Source: Candidatus Peribacteria bacterium RIFOXYB1_FULL_54_35 (GTDB lineage Bacteria; Patescibacteriota; Gracilibacteria; Peribacterales; Peribacteraceae). Taken from it: 64,000 nt of DNA. This document shows positions 42,611 through 53,591 of this stretch, piece by piece; position 1 is the first letter of the stretch, and each line of letters opens with the position of its first letter. The stretch lies in assembly GCA_001787755.1 (NCBI GenBank), contig MFYJ01000007.1:146585-210584 (forward strand), read 5' to 3'. Made by a program: the position numbers and the translations under genes. Under the pieces are notes generated by a model. That model ran no database searches. It saw only the letters and a program-made list of their open reading frames with translations, and was not told the origin of the DNA.

Positions 42611-43963
42611 ATGAGCCTCTCCGGCACCGACATCTCGGCTGCAACCAAAGCGATTCAGGAGAATCAGCGCATCCTCGTCATCCCGCATGAGAATGTGGAT
42701 CCGGACGGACTCAGCAGTGCACTCGCGTGCTACCAGCTCTTCCGGGCGCTCGGGAAGGATGTCACGGTGATCTGTCCCGATACGCTCCCGGAGTCTCTGG
42801 AGTTCCTCCCGGGGTTTGGGGAGCTTTCACGGGATGTTGCAGAGGGGCAGCAGTTCGTCATCACGGTGAGCCTGCAGGGCGGTGTAGAGGTCGACAAGCT
42901 CCGGTATGCCGTAGAGGATCAGAAGGTCAACATCATTGTGGTGCCAAAGAAAGGGCGCATCCGTTCCCAGGATATTGTGCTTGGAGACGGGGAGAGGCAG
43001 TACGATCTCATCGTGGCGGTAGATACCGCGGATCTGCCGCTCTTTGGGCGTGTGTATACCGAACACGTGGACCTCTTTGCGGATGTTCCTGTGCTGAATG
43101 TCGACCACCACATCAGCAATACACACTACGGGCAGATACACCTCTTGGATCCTACGGCTGCCTCCGCGACGGAGGTGCTCTACAACTGGTTCACGCAGGT
43201 GCCGCAGTGGAAGGAGAGACTCACCCCGGACATTGCGACACTCCTTCTCACGGGACTCATCACCGATACGAGGAGTTTCCAGAACCCCAATACTACGCCG
43301 CGCTCTCTCGAAATTGCCGCAGAGCTTCTGGATTTCGGTGCCCGGCAACAGGAGATCATCAAGCACATCTACAAGACCAAACCGCTGAGTACGCTCAGGG
43401 TGTGGGGGCGTGCGCTCAACCGCATTCAGATAGATCCTGCTTCCGGTATTGTCTGGTCCTCCGTGAACAAGGAAGATCTGGCGGAGTTGGGTGCTACGAG
43501 CAAGGAGACGCACGGCATTCTCGATGAGCTCATTTCCACCATTCCCGATGCGGATGTGCATGTGCTCTTCACTGAACTGGAAGAAGGGGGGTTGAAGGCG
43601 AGCATGCGTTCCTCCGACACTATTGATGCCAGTGCTCTTGCGGCGCGTACCTACGGCGGCGGCGGACATCCGCGTGCTGCCGGGTTCCGTGTTCCGCGGT
43701 TCGAGAACTTTGAACTGCAGGTGCTGGAATGCGTTCAGACGCTCAAGCAGGGGATGCAGCGGCAGCGCGCGGAGAAGGAGCAGAGCAATCACCAACAGCA
43801 GATTCCTGTACAGCCAGCGGTGCAGAACACAGTTTCGCAGGAGGTGCCGCTCCAGGCAGTATCTTCTTCAACACCGGGGGTGGATGTTGTAGAGCGTGTC
43901 GGAGACGAGGGGAACATGGCTGCTTCCGGCGGCACGGATGTGGTCAGTGGGCTGATGGGATAG
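42611..43963 (+). CDS. DHH/DHHA1 phosphoesterase (NrnA-like) with C-terminal extension
   Basis: The NVDHHISN (DHH) and GGGGHPRAAG (DHHA1) motifs. Confidence 0.85.
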   Translation: MSLSGTDISAATKAIQENQRILVIPHENVDPDGLSSALACYQLFRALGKDVTVICPDTLPESLEFLPGFGELSRDVAEGQQFVITVSLQGGVEVDKLRYAVEDQKVNIIVVPKKGRIRSQDIVLGDGERQYDLIVAVDTADLPLFGRVYTEHVDLFADVPVLNVDHHISNTHYGQIHLLDPTAASATEVLYNWFTQVPQWKERLTPDIATLLLTGLITDTRSFQNPNTTPRSLEIAAELLDFGARQQEIIKHIYKTKPLSTLRVWGRALNRIQIDPASGIVWSSVNKEDLAELGATSKETHGILDELISTIPDADVHVLFTELEEGGLKASMRSSDTIDASALAARTYGGGGHPRAAGFRVPRFENFELQVLECVQTLKQGMQRQRAEKEQSNHQQQIPVQPAVQNTVSQEVPLQAVSSSTPGVDVVERVGDEGNMAASGGTDVVSGLMG

Positions 43964-44106
43964 AGAAATACAAGCTCATCTTCTCTCAAGGTGCTGTTCA
44001 GTTTCTGGTGCTCGATAATGGCATATCTGGCCTGTTTTGCTTGTACTCTGCGTTTCTCTTAGCCTACACTAGCGGTGTTCATTTCTGTTTGTTTCGCGAA
44101 GATCCT

Positions 44107-46371
44107 ATGCGCCTTGTGAAGGTGGCAAAAGCATTGGGTATGACCGGCCAGCAGCTCCGCAAAGAGCTTTCTGAGGTGGATTTCGGCGTCAAACCTACTG
44201 ACCGCGAGGTGCCGGATGGTCTTGCACAGGGTATTCTTCGGTACGTAGCACGGAAGAATGGCATAGAGGTCGATATGGATGCTATTGGTCTCTCTCTGGG
44301 AGAGGAGGAGGAGGAGAAGGAGGAAAGTCCTGGAGAGAAGAAGGAGGCAGTGCATCCTCCACAGGGGACTCCATTGGAGCAGGGGCAGGGAGAGGTTCCG
44401 AAGAAGACGGAATCTCTCAATGTTCTGCGTAAGCTCTCTCTCGACGATGTTCCAAAGGAGGCGATTGCAAAGCAGGCGGCGGAATTGAGGAAGCAGCAGC
44501 CAAGCAAGGAGGAACGCGAGGAGATGGAACGTGAAGAGAAAGCGATGGCACCCCACAAGAAAACTGCGACAGAGGGGAATCAGGAGCAGATTAAAGAGAA
44601 GGTGGGTGTCGTCGTTCTTCCATCGGAGGTGACGGTGAAGGAGTTTGCGGAGAAAACGGGTGTGCAGGTGCCGAGAGTTATCCAGACACTGATGAAGAAT
44701 GGTGTGATGGCAACGGTGAACCAGACAATCGACTACGAGACGGCTGCGGTCATCGCAGATGAATTGGGGGTGAAAGTGCAGAAGGAAGAAGCAGGTGCGA
44801 CTGTGGAGACGCTCCTTGCGAAAAATTTGGAGGGGCTGCTCAATGATGAGCCAGAGAACCTCCAGCCCCGCCCGCCGGTTGTGGTGGTCATGGGCCATGT
44901 TGACCATGGCAAGACTGCGATTCTCGATGCCATTCGTGAGACGGATGTCGTTTCCGGGGAGGCGGGTGGCATTACACAGCACATCGGTGCGTATCAGGTG
45001 GAGTTCCTCCCCTCCGGAACCAAGGAGATGAAATCCATTACCTTCCTCGACACCCCCGGGCACGAGGCATTCACGGCGATGCGCGCTCGTGGAGCACAGG
45101 TGACAGATATAGCGGTGATTGTTATTTCGGCGGAGGAGGGCGTGATGCCGACGACCGTGGAAGCCATCAACCATGCCAAGGAGGCAAAGGTGCCCGTTCT
45201 CGTTGCCATCAACAAGATCGATAAAGAGAATGCCAACGTTGAAAAGGTGATGGGAGAGCTCTCGGGGTGTGATCTGCAGCCGGAGGAGTGGGGGGGCAAG
45301 ACGCCAGTTGTGCGATGCAGCGCACTCACCAAGCAGGGCATTCAGGATCTTCTGGAGCATATTCTTCTCATTGCGGAACTTGCCGAGCTCAAAGCCAATC
45401 CCAATCGCCGCGCTGTTGCGACGGTTGTTGAGGGTCACCTCGATCCTGCACACGGTCCTCTTGCGACGGTGATCGTGAACGCGGGGACGCTGGTGATGGG
45501 CGATATCTACGTCTGTGGTACGACTATTGGACGTGTCCGTGTGATGATGGATGCCCATGGAAAGCGCCAGCAGAGTGTGCGGCCTTCCGGGGCAGTGCGT
45601 ATTTCCGGCTTCTCCCGCGTGCCACATGTGGGGGATATTCTGCAGGTTGTCTCTTCCGAGAAGGAGGCCCGGGATCTCCTGGGCCAGATGAAAGAGCACT
45701 ACGAGCGCAGGAAGAAGCGCAGCTTCGCAGATCTCGTTTCACGGCTTTCCGAAGGAAAGCTCACGCAGCTCAAGGTTGTGCTGAAGGCAGATACGCAGGG
45801 GTCACTGGAAGCGATAGAGTCCTCTCTCTCCAAATTGGCAACGGAGCAGGTGGTGGTGAAAGTCATCCACTCCGGTGTCGGTTCCGTGTCGGAGTCCGAT
45901 GTCATGATGGCTGCGGCGAGCGATGGAGTGGTGATTGCTTTCCATACGGCGGTGGGTCCTGATGTCGCGCGCACCGCAGACCGTGAGGGTGTGCAGGTGC
46001 GTGAATACGATGTGATCTATGCTCTTCTGGAAGATGTGGAGGGTCTTATTCAGGGGCTTGTGGAGCCGGAGGAGCAGGAGAAGATACTCGGCCACCTGGA
46101 AGTGAAGCAGGTGTTCCTCACCAAGAAGAGCGAACAGATTGTAGGTGGCAAGGTGACAGACGGGGTGGTGAAGCGTCTGCCGTTCCGACTCCTGCGTGGT
46201 GAGAAAGAGGTGGGGACCGGGCGCATCACTTCACTCAAGCATGTGGAGAAGGACATCAAAGAGGCGAAAGAGGGGAGTGAGTGCGGCATGCGGGTGGAAA
46301 CCTCTGTGCTGATTGAACCGGGTGACCGTTTGGAGGTTTTCCTCAAGGAGCTCAAGAAGAAGAAGTTCTAG
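44107..46371 (+). CDS. infB: translation initiation factor IF-2
   Basis: GTPase motifs [13 protein letters not shown] and NKID. Start set to ATG 44107 ([11 protein letters not shown]) because the track N-terminus overlaps the previous gene. Confidence 0.95.
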   Translation: MRLVKVAKALGMTGQQLRKELSEVDFGVKPTDREVPDGLAQGILRYVARKNGIEVDMDAIGLSLGEEEEEKEESPGEKKEAVHPPQGTPLEQGQGEVPKKTESLNVLRKLSLDDVPKEAIAKQAAELRKQQPSKEEREEMEREEKAMAPHKKTATEGNQEQIKEKVGVVVLPSEVTVKEFAEKTGVQVPRVIQTLMKNGVMATVNQTIDYETAAVIADELGVKVQKEEAGATVETLLAKNLEGLLNDEPENLQPRPPVVVVMGHVDHGKTAILDAIRETDVVSGEAGGITQHIGAYQVEFLPSGTKEMKSITFLDTPGHEAFTAMRARGAQVTDIAVIVISAEEGVMPTTVEAINHAKEAKVPVLVAINKIDKENANVEKVMGELSGCDLQPEEWGGKTPVVRCSALTKQGIQDLLEHILLIAELAELKANPNRRAVATVVEGHLDPAHGPLATVIVNAGTLVMGDIYVCGTTIGRVRVMMDAHGKRQQSVRPSGAVRISGFSRVPHVGDILQVVSSEKEARDLLGQMKEHYERRKKRSFADLVSRLSEGKLTQLKVVLKADTQGSLEAIESSLSKLATEQVVVKVIHSGVGSVSESDVMMAAASDGVVIAFHTAVGPDVARTADREGVQVREYDVIYALLEDVEGLIQGLVEPEEQEKILGHLEVKQVFLTKKSEQIVGGKVTDGVVKRLPFRLLRGEKEVGTGRITSLKHVEKDIKEAKEGSECGMRVETSVLIEPGDRLEVFLKELKKKKF

Positions 46372-46379
46372 TACATTCT

Positions 46380-46504
46380 GAGGTTGTAGCTTGTAGGTTG
46401 TAGTTTGTAGGAAACCCAAAGAACTTCAGTTTCCAAGGTTCTAAAGGAGAAGTTCTGAAACCTCGGTGCTTTGTCATTCCTACAACCTACAAACTACAAT
46501 CTAG
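46380..46504. repeat. GTAGNTT-heptamer hairpin element, family copy 3 (inverted relative to copy 1)
   Basis: GAGGTTGTAGCTTGTAGGTTGTAGTTTGTAGGAA ... TTCCTACAACCTACAAACTACAATCTAG. The core is about 80% identical to copy 1 by eye. Confidence 0.9.
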
Positions 46505-46515
46505 AAACAAGAGTG

Positions 46516-47886
46516 TTACGCGTTTTGTTCCTGTTTCCCGAATCCTCCCAGCCGCTCCCGGACTCCGGTGGCGCCAGTGTATGCTTCCGGCTCCACAGGC
46601 GGGAGCTTGGTGGGGAGCTTCCCGAGTGCGTCTATATCCATGCCTTCCTTCGCAAACCCGGCAAGCAGATCCTGCCCGTCTGTGGACTGCACTCTCATGA
46701 GGTTGTGGAGGAGGAAGTTCCACTGGCTGCGGTTGCGCTGCTCCAGATCCAGCAGAAACGCGATGTGTTGCTCCGGAATGCCGAGTCCCGCAAGTTCCTG
46801 GTAGTACTCTTCGCTCGAGATCTTTCCCTTCTTCTCCTTGTCTTTTTCCGACTGCCTCACTTTTGCATAGAGCATGCGCGTTTCGCCGTTCTGCGTCATG
46901 CGGCGGAAGAAATCCTCTCCCCGGTCGCCGGTGAGGGCGGCACGGTTGGCTTCATCCTTCAGGAGGGTGTCCCACTCCGCTGACTGCACGAAATCCAGCT
47001 GGCCGCGGAGTGAGCGCAGGGGGCCGGAGAAGAGCTTGGGGTTGAGCGTGAGTACCGCGAGGCCGGCGTAGATGGCTGCCATGGTCGGGAATTCTTTCTT
47101 CCTCTCAATGGCGAAGCACAGGGCTGCCATGGCGACGAAGAGGAGCCCGAAGAACATGCGCAGCGAATCTGCCGCTCTCTGGACCGCTGGGTCCCGCTCG
47201 CGGTGCCGGCGGTTTGCGCCGAACCGGGTGGCATTCGCCGGGTCTGCGTCCACGAGTTCCTGCAGGATCTGACGGCTTTGCGCCATGACTTCCCCCGCTT
47301 TTCCGGGGAGGGGAGGGGGGCCGCTGAGCGTTTCGAGGTCGCGGCTGACGATGTCTGTGCGGATGAGCATGACCCCGTCATCTACGTAGAAGTACGGGTG
47401 GTCCGTACGGATGTTCTCGACGTCCTGCGCGGTGCGGGGCAGCGCGAAGCCTGCCATGGCCCGTTCCATGGATCGTTCCCGTTCGGGGGGGATGATGTCC
47501 GCCCGCACGTTCTCAAATTCCTGCCGGAGAGGATCGATGCGCTCGGGCCTCAGTGTATGCTCCAGCTTGTCGAGGACCATGTGCCCGTATGCCTCACCTG
47601 CTCCTTCGTCTCCGAGCGATTCCCCCAGACGCCGCAGGTGCTCGTTGACCTGTGTTCTCTTCATTTGTGGGGAGACCTGTTCATTGCGTGCGATACTGCC
47701 GAGGAGTTGGCTCAGTGTTTCACGCTTCACCTGGGCCTCCTGGCGCTTCCTCGGCTGCTGCGCAGATTCCTGCCCTATGAGGCGGTCAAAGAAAGCGGGT
47801 TTCAGCATATCGCCGGCCTGCTGCTCAACGCGTTCAGCAGACCGTCTCGCTTCTGCCTCTGGCTGTGTGGGTCGTGAGGGAGCCAT
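46516..47886 (-). CDS. hypothetical membrane-associated protein (456 aa)
   Basis: Central hydrophobic pair MFFGLLFVAMAALCFAI / AAIYAGLAVLTL. Starts 17 nt downstream of the 603-aa membrane protein gene. Confidence 0.65.
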   Translation of the reverse strand: MAPSRPTQPEAEARRSAERVEQQAGDMLKPAFFDRLIGQESAQQPRKRQEAQVKRETLSQLLGSIARNEQVSPQMKRTQVNEHLRRLGESLGDEGAGEAYGHMVLDKLEHTLRPERIDPLRQEFENVRADIIPPERERSMERAMAGFALPRTAQDVENIRTDHPYFYVDDGVMLIRTDIVSRDLETLSGPPPLPGKAGEVMAQSRQILQELVDADPANATRFGANRRHRERDPAVQRAADSLRMFFGLLFVAMAALCFAIERKKEFPTMAAIYAGLAVLTLNPKLFSGPLRSLRGQLDFVQSAEWDTLLKDEANRAALTGDRGEDFFRRMTQNGETRMLYAKVRQSEKDKEKKGKISSEEYYQELAGLGIPEQHIAFLLDLEQRNRSQWNFLLHNLMRVQSTDGQDLLAGFAKEGMDIDALGKLPTKLPPVEPEAYTGATGVRERLGGFGKQEQNA

Positions 47887-47903
47887 GGAGTACAGAAGGA
47901 AAA

Positions 47904-49715
47904 TTACGGTGATGCAGCAGGTGGTCTTCCTGCTCCGCCAGCCGGGGGAGTGTTGCCGGAGCCAGCCCTTCCTCTCCCACTTCCATCCCCTCCAGGATGC
48001 AGCGCATTGGTCAGTTCCTGAATCTGGGCGGGGTTCAACGAGATTCCTGTGTTCTTGAGTGCTCTCTGCAGAGCTTCGGCCTGCTTTTCGGGACTTAGTC
48101 CTGAGAGACTGCCACTCAGCTTGCGCATCTCTTCAGCGACTTTCTGCATATCACCCCTTCCTCCTGCTGCCGCCTTGATCCTATCGTAGACTTCTCCGGA
48201 GTTACGAATGTTTTGCTCGGCTGCTTCTACTCCGCCGCTGCGGCCACCAGTGAGCATGTTCTTCACTGCATCTCCTTCTAGGAGGCGCCCCTGTCTTGAG
48301 AGGTTCGAGAGGCCACCTGCAGCGGTCATTGCCTGCCCTGCACTCATGTATGTCTGTTTTCCTCCCTCTTTGGCACCGGGGATGAAGGGGATGTTGAGCG
48401 GCAGGTGTGTGACGAAGGAGCCGAGGTTTGCTCCCATGCTCCGTATGCCCTTCGTAGCTTCCTCGTACATGGAATCTATGGAGAGTGCCATGAAGAATCC
48501 TTTCCAGATGATGAGAATGGTCGTGATCTGCCACAGGACAATCCAGAGGTTATCTATGCCGGGAAGGAACCTTCCCTGCGAGTCTGCAAGGATGATTGCC
48601 GAGCCGACAGGTGCGGAGAACGCGATGGCATTGAGGACAATGAACCCTACGGTGAACGGAATGGCGACTATCGCCGGCAGGAAGGCTGCAGCGACGAATT
48701 TCTTGAAGATTTTCATGGTGTTGAAGTTTCCCATGAGGTCGCCGACCACATATCCCAGGAACATGAACGGCATGAATGCTATGGTGAGCCACAGGACGGG
48801 GATGCGGATGATGAATGCAACCATCATGGCAATGAGAGCGAGAGTAAGCGCCACGGAGAGCGATATCAGGAACACCGTGTTCAGTAGGAACATGAGGAAG
48901 AACGATATCTGATCCAGCGGGTCCGTGGCGGGCATTCCTCCGCCGTTGAAGTTCGGCACTTTCGCAAGATCCGGCAGTTTTCCGTGGTTGAATATGAGGC
49001 CGCTTAAAATGCCAGGTGCCGTGTTTGTGTTATTGGCAAGTGCCTGTACGCGGTAGCAGACTGTCTCAAGGGGGCATTCGTATCCTAAGGAAGCAGGACC
49101 GCCGGCTGCCTTTGCTATGGCTGCCGCTTTATCGAAGAATCTGAAGTCGTAGGGGTATTTGCACGGCGTTTGAATAATTCCGTTGATATCGTAGTACCGG
49201 CAGGTAGTGGAGACGAGATCAGGGAGCTTGTAGATGGTGGCGGCGAGCACGTGGCCGACGTCCAGAATGACGCGCGGAAAAAACCAGGAGAAATTGACGA
49301 GAATGACTCCGAGAACGAACTTAATTGCAAAGCGGCTGATAATGTCTTTCTTGGCAGTCACGACAGTAAGGCACGCTCCGACGACGAGCATGAACGCAAA
49401 GATGATGTTCATGATTTCCCTGGAGACCTGCCAGATCTGATGGATGACAACTTCGTTCGCTCCATGGAGCTCCAGGAAGAACCGGGGATTGAGGAGAACT
49501 TCCAGAATGGGGAATGTAATGAAACCAAGGAGATTTACCGCTGTAACGACAACAGCGAGGGTAACTGTCATGCTCGTGAAGACTTGATTGAGGTCTGTTG
49601 TAGCCTGTGCCTTCGGTATTCCCATTTCCAATGCTTCCACTCCGTATGTTCCTCCAATCCACAGGAGAACAGCAGTGGCGAGTGTGCCAGCGACAATCTT
49701 TTTTTGTGTGGGCAT
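47904..49715 (-). CDS. polytopic membrane protein with Gly-rich C-terminal tail (TrbL/VirB6-like topology; uncertain)
   Basis: 603 aa with at least 8 hydrophobic segments and a hydrophilic C-terminal third ending GGDGSGRGRAGSGNTPPAGGAGRPP. Confidence 0.7.
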   Translation of the reverse strand: MPTQKKIVAGTLATAVLLWIGGTYGVEALEMGIPKAQATTDLNQVFTSMTVTLAVVVTAVNLLGFITFPILEVLLNPRFFLELHGANEVVIHQIWQVSREIMNIIFAFMLVVGACLTVVTAKKDIISRFAIKFVLGVILVNFSWFFPRVILDVGHVLAATIYKLPDLVSTTCRYYDINGIIQTPCKYPYDFRFFDKAAAIAKAAGGPASLGYECPLETVCYRVQALANNTNTAPGILSGLIFNHGKLPDLAKVPNFNGGGMPATDPLDQISFFLMFLLNTVFLISLSVALTLALIAMMVAFIIRIPVLWLTIAFMPFMFLGYVVGDLMGNFNTMKIFKKFVAAAFLPAIVAIPFTVGFIVLNAIAFSAPVGSAIILADSQGRFLPGIDNLWIVLWQITTILIIWKGFFMALSIDSMYEEATKGIRSMGANLGSFVTHLPLNIPFIPGAKEGGKQTYMSAGQAMTAAGGLSNLSRQGRLLEGDAVKNMLTGGRSGGVEAAEQNIRNSGEVYDRIKAAAGGRGDMQKVAEEMRKLSGSLSGLSPEKQAEALQRALKNTGISLNPAQIQELTNALHPGGDGSGRGRAGSGNTPPAGGAGRPPAASP

Positions 49716-50015
49716 TCATGTAATTATAGCAAAATTCTCCTTTGGAGGCAATGTACGGAGCTCTGTGTTTTCCCATGGAGTGCCTGTTCGGGGGGTGCCA
49801 AGAATTGTTTCCAGAACACATAATGCATTCGAAGATGAGTATTTTTTTTATTCATAGCAGGGGGCGATTTGAGTGATATATATGATGTTTTTGCTTTGTA
49901 TAAGCGCAGAACCTTGAATAAATATTTTATTCATTATATTGATCACTTTTCTTGCACTATACATGTGTTCATGAGTACAGTTTGTGTACATTTCCATTCC
50001 CCCCATAGGGCAGGT

Positions 50016-50606
50016 ATGGCTTCCACTATCCTGAAAGCATTGTTTAGTTCGCAGACGAGAGTGAAACTCCTCTCGACGTTCCTCCTTCATCCAGAGGAGG
50101 AATACTACATCCGTGAACTCACGCGGCTGCTCCATGAACAGATCAACTCCATCCGCCGGGAGCTCGAGAACCTGCGCCGCATCGGACTTGTGCGTGCCAG
50201 ACACCGCAACAGGAAGAAGTACTACCGCATCGATTTGGAGTTTCCGCTCTTCCCGGAGCTCAAGAGCATGTTTGCCAAAGAGGTACAGGCAGACAGCCCC
50301 ATTGTGGCCAGTCTCAAGAAACTCCCGGGTGTCGATCTCATCGTCCTTGCTGGTGTGTTCGTCGGAACAGATACGAAAGTGGATCTCTTAGTTGTGGGAG
50401 ATGTGAAAAAGGAGATGCTCGAGGCGCTCCTTCTCCAGGATTCGAGTCTGAAGAACGTGAAGTACTCCATCTTCTCTCAGGCGGACTTCCTGTACCGCCT
50501 CAGCCTGAAGGATCGCTTCATCTCCGACATTCTCAGCGATCCCCGCAATTTGAATGTGCACAACGTCATTCAAAAGCAGATAGATGAGGCGAAAGGAAAG
50601 CAGTGA
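50016..50606 (+). CDS. winged-helix (ArsR-like) transcriptional regulator family protein
   Basis: RVKLLSTFLLHPEEEYYIRELTRLLHEQINSIRRELENLRRIGLV. Start set to ATG 50016. Confidence 0.7.
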   Translation: MASTILKALFSSQTRVKLLSTFLLHPEEEYYIRELTRLLHEQINSIRRELENLRRIGLVRARHRNRKKYYRIDLEFPLFPELKSMFAKEVQADSPIVASLKKLPGVDLIVLAGVFVGTDTKVDLLVVGDVKKEMLEALLLQDSSLKNVKYSIFSQADFLYRLSLKDRFISDILSDPRNLNVHNVIQKQIDEAKGKQ

Positions 50607-50610
50607 GAGA

Positions 50611-50705
50611 GATTGTAGTTTGTAGATGGTAGCTTGTAGAGTGTAGGAGATTGGACTCGAGGATCTCATTTTTGCTTCTACAAGCTACAAACTACAAGCT
50701 ACAGA
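50611..50705. repeat. GTAGNTT-heptamer hairpin element, family copy 4
   Basis: GATTGTAGTTTGTAGATGGTAGCTTGTAGAGTGTAGGA ... TCTACAAGCTACAAACTACAAGCTACAG. The core differs from the other copies. Confidence 0.85.
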
Positions 50706-50770
50706 TTCCCCGGGGACATCCCTACTTTTTGCTTTACAGGGCCCGTGCTGCTCGGTAGTCTCCTTCGGCT

Positions 50771-51244
50771 TTGGCAAGCGTCTTACACCAGCAGGCGGCT
50801 TCGTACGTGAAACAGCGACCCGACATACGGCCCGGGTACACTGTGCGCGTACATGAGCGCATTTTGGAAGGGCAGGAGGAGGGCAAGGAGAGGATCCAGG
50901 TGTTTGAAGGGCTGGTCGTTTCTGTGCACAAGGGAGCTACTCCCACGGACAGCACGTTCACGGTGCGCCGCATTGCTTCTGGCGTGGGGGTGGAGAGGGT
51001 ATTTCTCCTGCATTCACCTTTGATTGAGAAGATTGATGTGAAGAAGGTGGCGGCTGTGCGCCGTGCCAAGCTCTTCTTCCTTCGTGGCCGCCACGGGAAA
51101 GCGGCGCGGCTGGGCGAGCGCTTTACCACTGCGGAAGAGTTCGCAATTGCTACTGCCGCAGAAGAGAAGAAAGAGACAGAAGTTGTGGAGGTAGTAGAGG
51201 CGAAAGAGGAGGGGAAAGCAGAGGAGAAGAAAGAGGCACAGTAG
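50771..51244 (+). CDS. rplS: 50S ribosomal protein L19 with E/K/A-rich C-terminal tail
   Basis: [27 protein letters not shown]...[16 protein letters not shown]...RRAKLFFLR. Only non-ATG starts are available (TTG 50771 or GTG 50807). Confidence 0.88.
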   Translation: MASVLHQQAASYVKQRPDIRPGYTVRVHERILEGQEEGKERIQVFEGLVVSVHKGATPTDSTFTVRRIASGVGVERVFLLHSPLIEKIDVKKVAAVRRAKLFFLRGRHGKAARLGERFTTAEEFAIATAAEEKKETEVVEVVEAKEEGKAEEKKEAQ

Positions 51245-51411
51245 ATACCCATGGGTTTACGAACAGAGCGTTCTGAAAATTGAACGATAGCTGATCTCGC
51301 CGGCCGCAGCCCCGCGCCCCTCGATAGGGCATGTTTTGATGAGCTGCGCGGAAGGTTTGGAATGGCATGCGGAGCGTAGGCTGGTGAGCGGAAGAACGGT
51401 ATAGTGCGGGA

Positions 51412-52368
51412 GTGACATACCTTCTCGTCGGTAATTACGGCGTTGGCAATCTTGGGGATGAGGCGCTCCGGGAGTATTTTTTGTTGCGTTTCCCACAGGT
51501 ACAGTGGCGCGTTGTCTCCGCACATCCAGGGCGGGAGGAGCTGCCGCGCCTGCCCGGGGGAGTACGATCATTGCTCTCTCTGCGCTGGCTGCGAACGCTC
51601 GGGGCGCTCCGGAAGAGTGATGGTATGGTGCTGGGTGGGGGATCACTCTTCACCGACACGGAGTCGGTGCGGGCATGTTTTCTCTGGTGGGTGCATGTGC
51701 TCTCTGCGCGTGTCCTGCGCAAGCGCATCATCCTTGCCTACCAGGGAATCGGGCCTTTCCGCACGAGGATGGGGGAGTGGTTTGCGCGGGCCGCCGTTCG
51801 CTCGGCGCATTTCATTTCCGTGAGGGATCCCCTGTCTGCTGTACGGGTGCGAACGTGGGGGTGTCGCGCGGATGTGCTAGAGACATTCGATCCTGTTCTT
51901 TTGCTGGTAGAAGAGCAAAAAATCGATCTCAGTGCGCAGAAGATTCTCGTGGTCATCCCAAGGAATAATTCCGATGCATTCCTCAGGGAACATCTCAGCC
52001 GGCTCCTCCAGTCTGGCCGCTTTGAGCACGTCAGCATCCTCTCGCTGAAGCCGGATGATTCTGCCGAGAGTGCATATTGCCAGTCTCTCCGGGCATCTCT
52101 CCGGACTCCGGGCACCATTGTCCCTGTGCGGACATTGCACGATTTGGTTTCCTCCGTTGCCCGGGGATCTCTTGTCCTCACGCAGCGCTACCACGGTGCC
52201 ATTGTTGCCTTGGCTCTGGGATTGGAGCTCGATGTCATTCCGCAGACAGAGGGGGATAAGTTGGATGCCCTGCGTGCGCTCATCTCGGAGACACCTGCAC
52301 ACGGCAGGAGGCAGCGCCTCCGGCAGAAGGTGGAAGCAGGTGAGCGGGCACTCAAAGAAGTCTTGTAA
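51412..52368 (+). CDS. csaB: polysaccharide pyruvyl transferase CsaB-like
   Basis: N-terminal LLVGNYGVGNLGDEALRE and later RYHGAIVALALG motifs. GTG start. Confidence 0.8.
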   Translation: MTYLLVGNYGVGNLGDEALREYFLLRFPQVQWRVVSAHPGREELPRLPGGVRSLLSLRWLRTLGALRKSDGMVLGGGSLFTDTESVRACFLWWVHVLSARVLRKRIILAYQGIGPFRTRMGEWFARAAVRSAHFISVRDPLSAVRVRTWGCRADVLETFDPVLLLVEEQKIDLSAQKILVVIPRNNSDAFLREHLSRLLQSGRFEHVSILSLKPDDSAESAYCQSLRASLRTPGTIVPVRTLHDLVSSVARGSLVLTQRYHGAIVALALGLELDVIPQTEGDKLDALRALISETPAHGRRQRLRQKVEAGERALKEVL

Positions 52369-52398
52369 GGGGCAGGTAAATTGCTATGCTCGCTTCGC

Positions 52399-52812
52399 AT
52401 GGCAACGCTCTACCTTCGTCCTTCTGAGCGGGAGCTCCTCGAAAAGTTGCCTTCTGCTCTGGCAGGAGCATGTGCTGTGGAGGATGAGGAACTCACATCG
52501 TTTGAAAGCACGTCGGAACTTGTCGTACGGATGCGGCTTGTTGCTTCCGACGCACATCCGGAGGTGCGCGATTTTGTGCTCGGTGTGTTGCATGATTTGC
52601 AGAGAGGGAAGGAGATCAATCCGAAGGCGCTGGCCAGGCTCCCGCATGAGTCGCTTCCCGTCGTGTACTTCGGTATGGGTGCTCTGGGCCTCTGTGCACT
52701 TATCGAAGTACTCTTCCCCTCCGTGCGGTCCCGGGAAGATCTGGAAGGTCTTGCGGGTCTCACAAAAGTGCGCCATCTCCTCCTTGAGGCGAATGCTTCC
52801 GCTCTCGTCTGA
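52399..52812 (+). CDS. hypothetical protein
   Basis: 137-aa ORF from ATG 52399. No motif recognised. Confidence 0.5.
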   Translation: MATLYLRPSERELLEKLPSALAGACAVEDEELTSFESTSELVVRMRLVASDAHPEVRDFVLGVLHDLQRGKEINPKALARLPHESLPVVYFGMGALGLCALIEVLFPSVRSREDLEGLAGLTKVRHLLLEANASALV

Positions 52813-52814
52813 GT

Positions 52815-53525
52815 ATGCCTGAGAATGCTCCAACACCGAAGACTCCCTGGGAACAGCTTCCTGAGCAGAGTGCTGCCGCGCTGCGGCAGGCGCTCATCCG
52901 CAGTCTGGAACTTGAAAATCCCCGCTTTGATACCCCAGAAGCGCTCAGAGCGGGCGTGAAAGAGGCTATAGCGCAGGATAAGCTCCAGGAGGTTCAGCAG
53001 CTGATTCAGGAGCAGACTTCCGATGAGAACAGGTCCGAACTCGAGTCGCTCCAGGAACTGCTGAAGCAGGAGGCTGTGCTGTACGATTTCCAGGGGCGCA
53101 TGGAGAAGCAGATGACGCCGGAAGAGGAGAGTAAAGTTATGACATTCCTGAAGAAGCACCGTCTGGCCATTGCTATCATCGGTACGGGGTTGCTAGTCGG
53201 GTGGCAGGGGGCGGCGATCGTTGCACTCTTCAACGTTCCCGGGATCGTCAAGGAGGTGGAAGGGTACTTCCGTTCGGCATCGGAAACGGTGCAGGGGTGG
53301 TGGAACGGTATGAAGGAGTGGTGGTCCGGAAGCGGTGGGGAGGAGGCACAGGCTGCTTCCCAAACGGAGGCGGGGACTCAAGCCGAGCAGATTGTGCGGG
53401 AAGGAGCGGGGGAGTACGTGTCGCCGTCGCCTTCCGACGGCTACCCGGAAGGTACGCCATTTCCCGAGTCGGAGGGAGTAGGGGAAGATGCATCCTCGTT
53501 GGGGGTGCCCGGTGGAACTCCGTGA
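52815..53525 (+). CDS. hypothetical single-pass membrane protein
   Basis: 236 aa. Coiled-coil-like N-terminal half, then the TM segment LAIAIIGTGLLVGWQGAAIVALF. Confidence 0.55.
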   Translation: MPENAPTPKTPWEQLPEQSAAALRQALIRSLELENPRFDTPEALRAGVKEAIAQDKLQEVQQLIQEQTSDENRSELESLQELLKQEAVLYDFQGRMEKQMTPEEESKVMTFLKKHRLAIAIIGTGLLVGWQGAAIVALFNVPGIVKEVEGYFRSASETVQGWWNGMKEWWSGSGGEEAQAASQTEAGTQAEQIVREGAGEYVSPSPSDGYPEGTPFPESEGVGEDASSLGVPGGTP

Positions 53526-53591
53526 GCGATCTTATCGCATTTTTTCCGGAGAGACGGTAGGCTGTTTTCCGCATGGAAATCAGGAACTTCT

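Noticed and set aside
43729-44106. N-terminal extension of the infB ORF overlapping the DHH phosphoesterase gene
   Set aside because: It overlaps the 3' end of a well-supported gene and intergenic DNA. The IF-2 N-terminus [11 protein letters not shown] at 44107 is the first plausible start.
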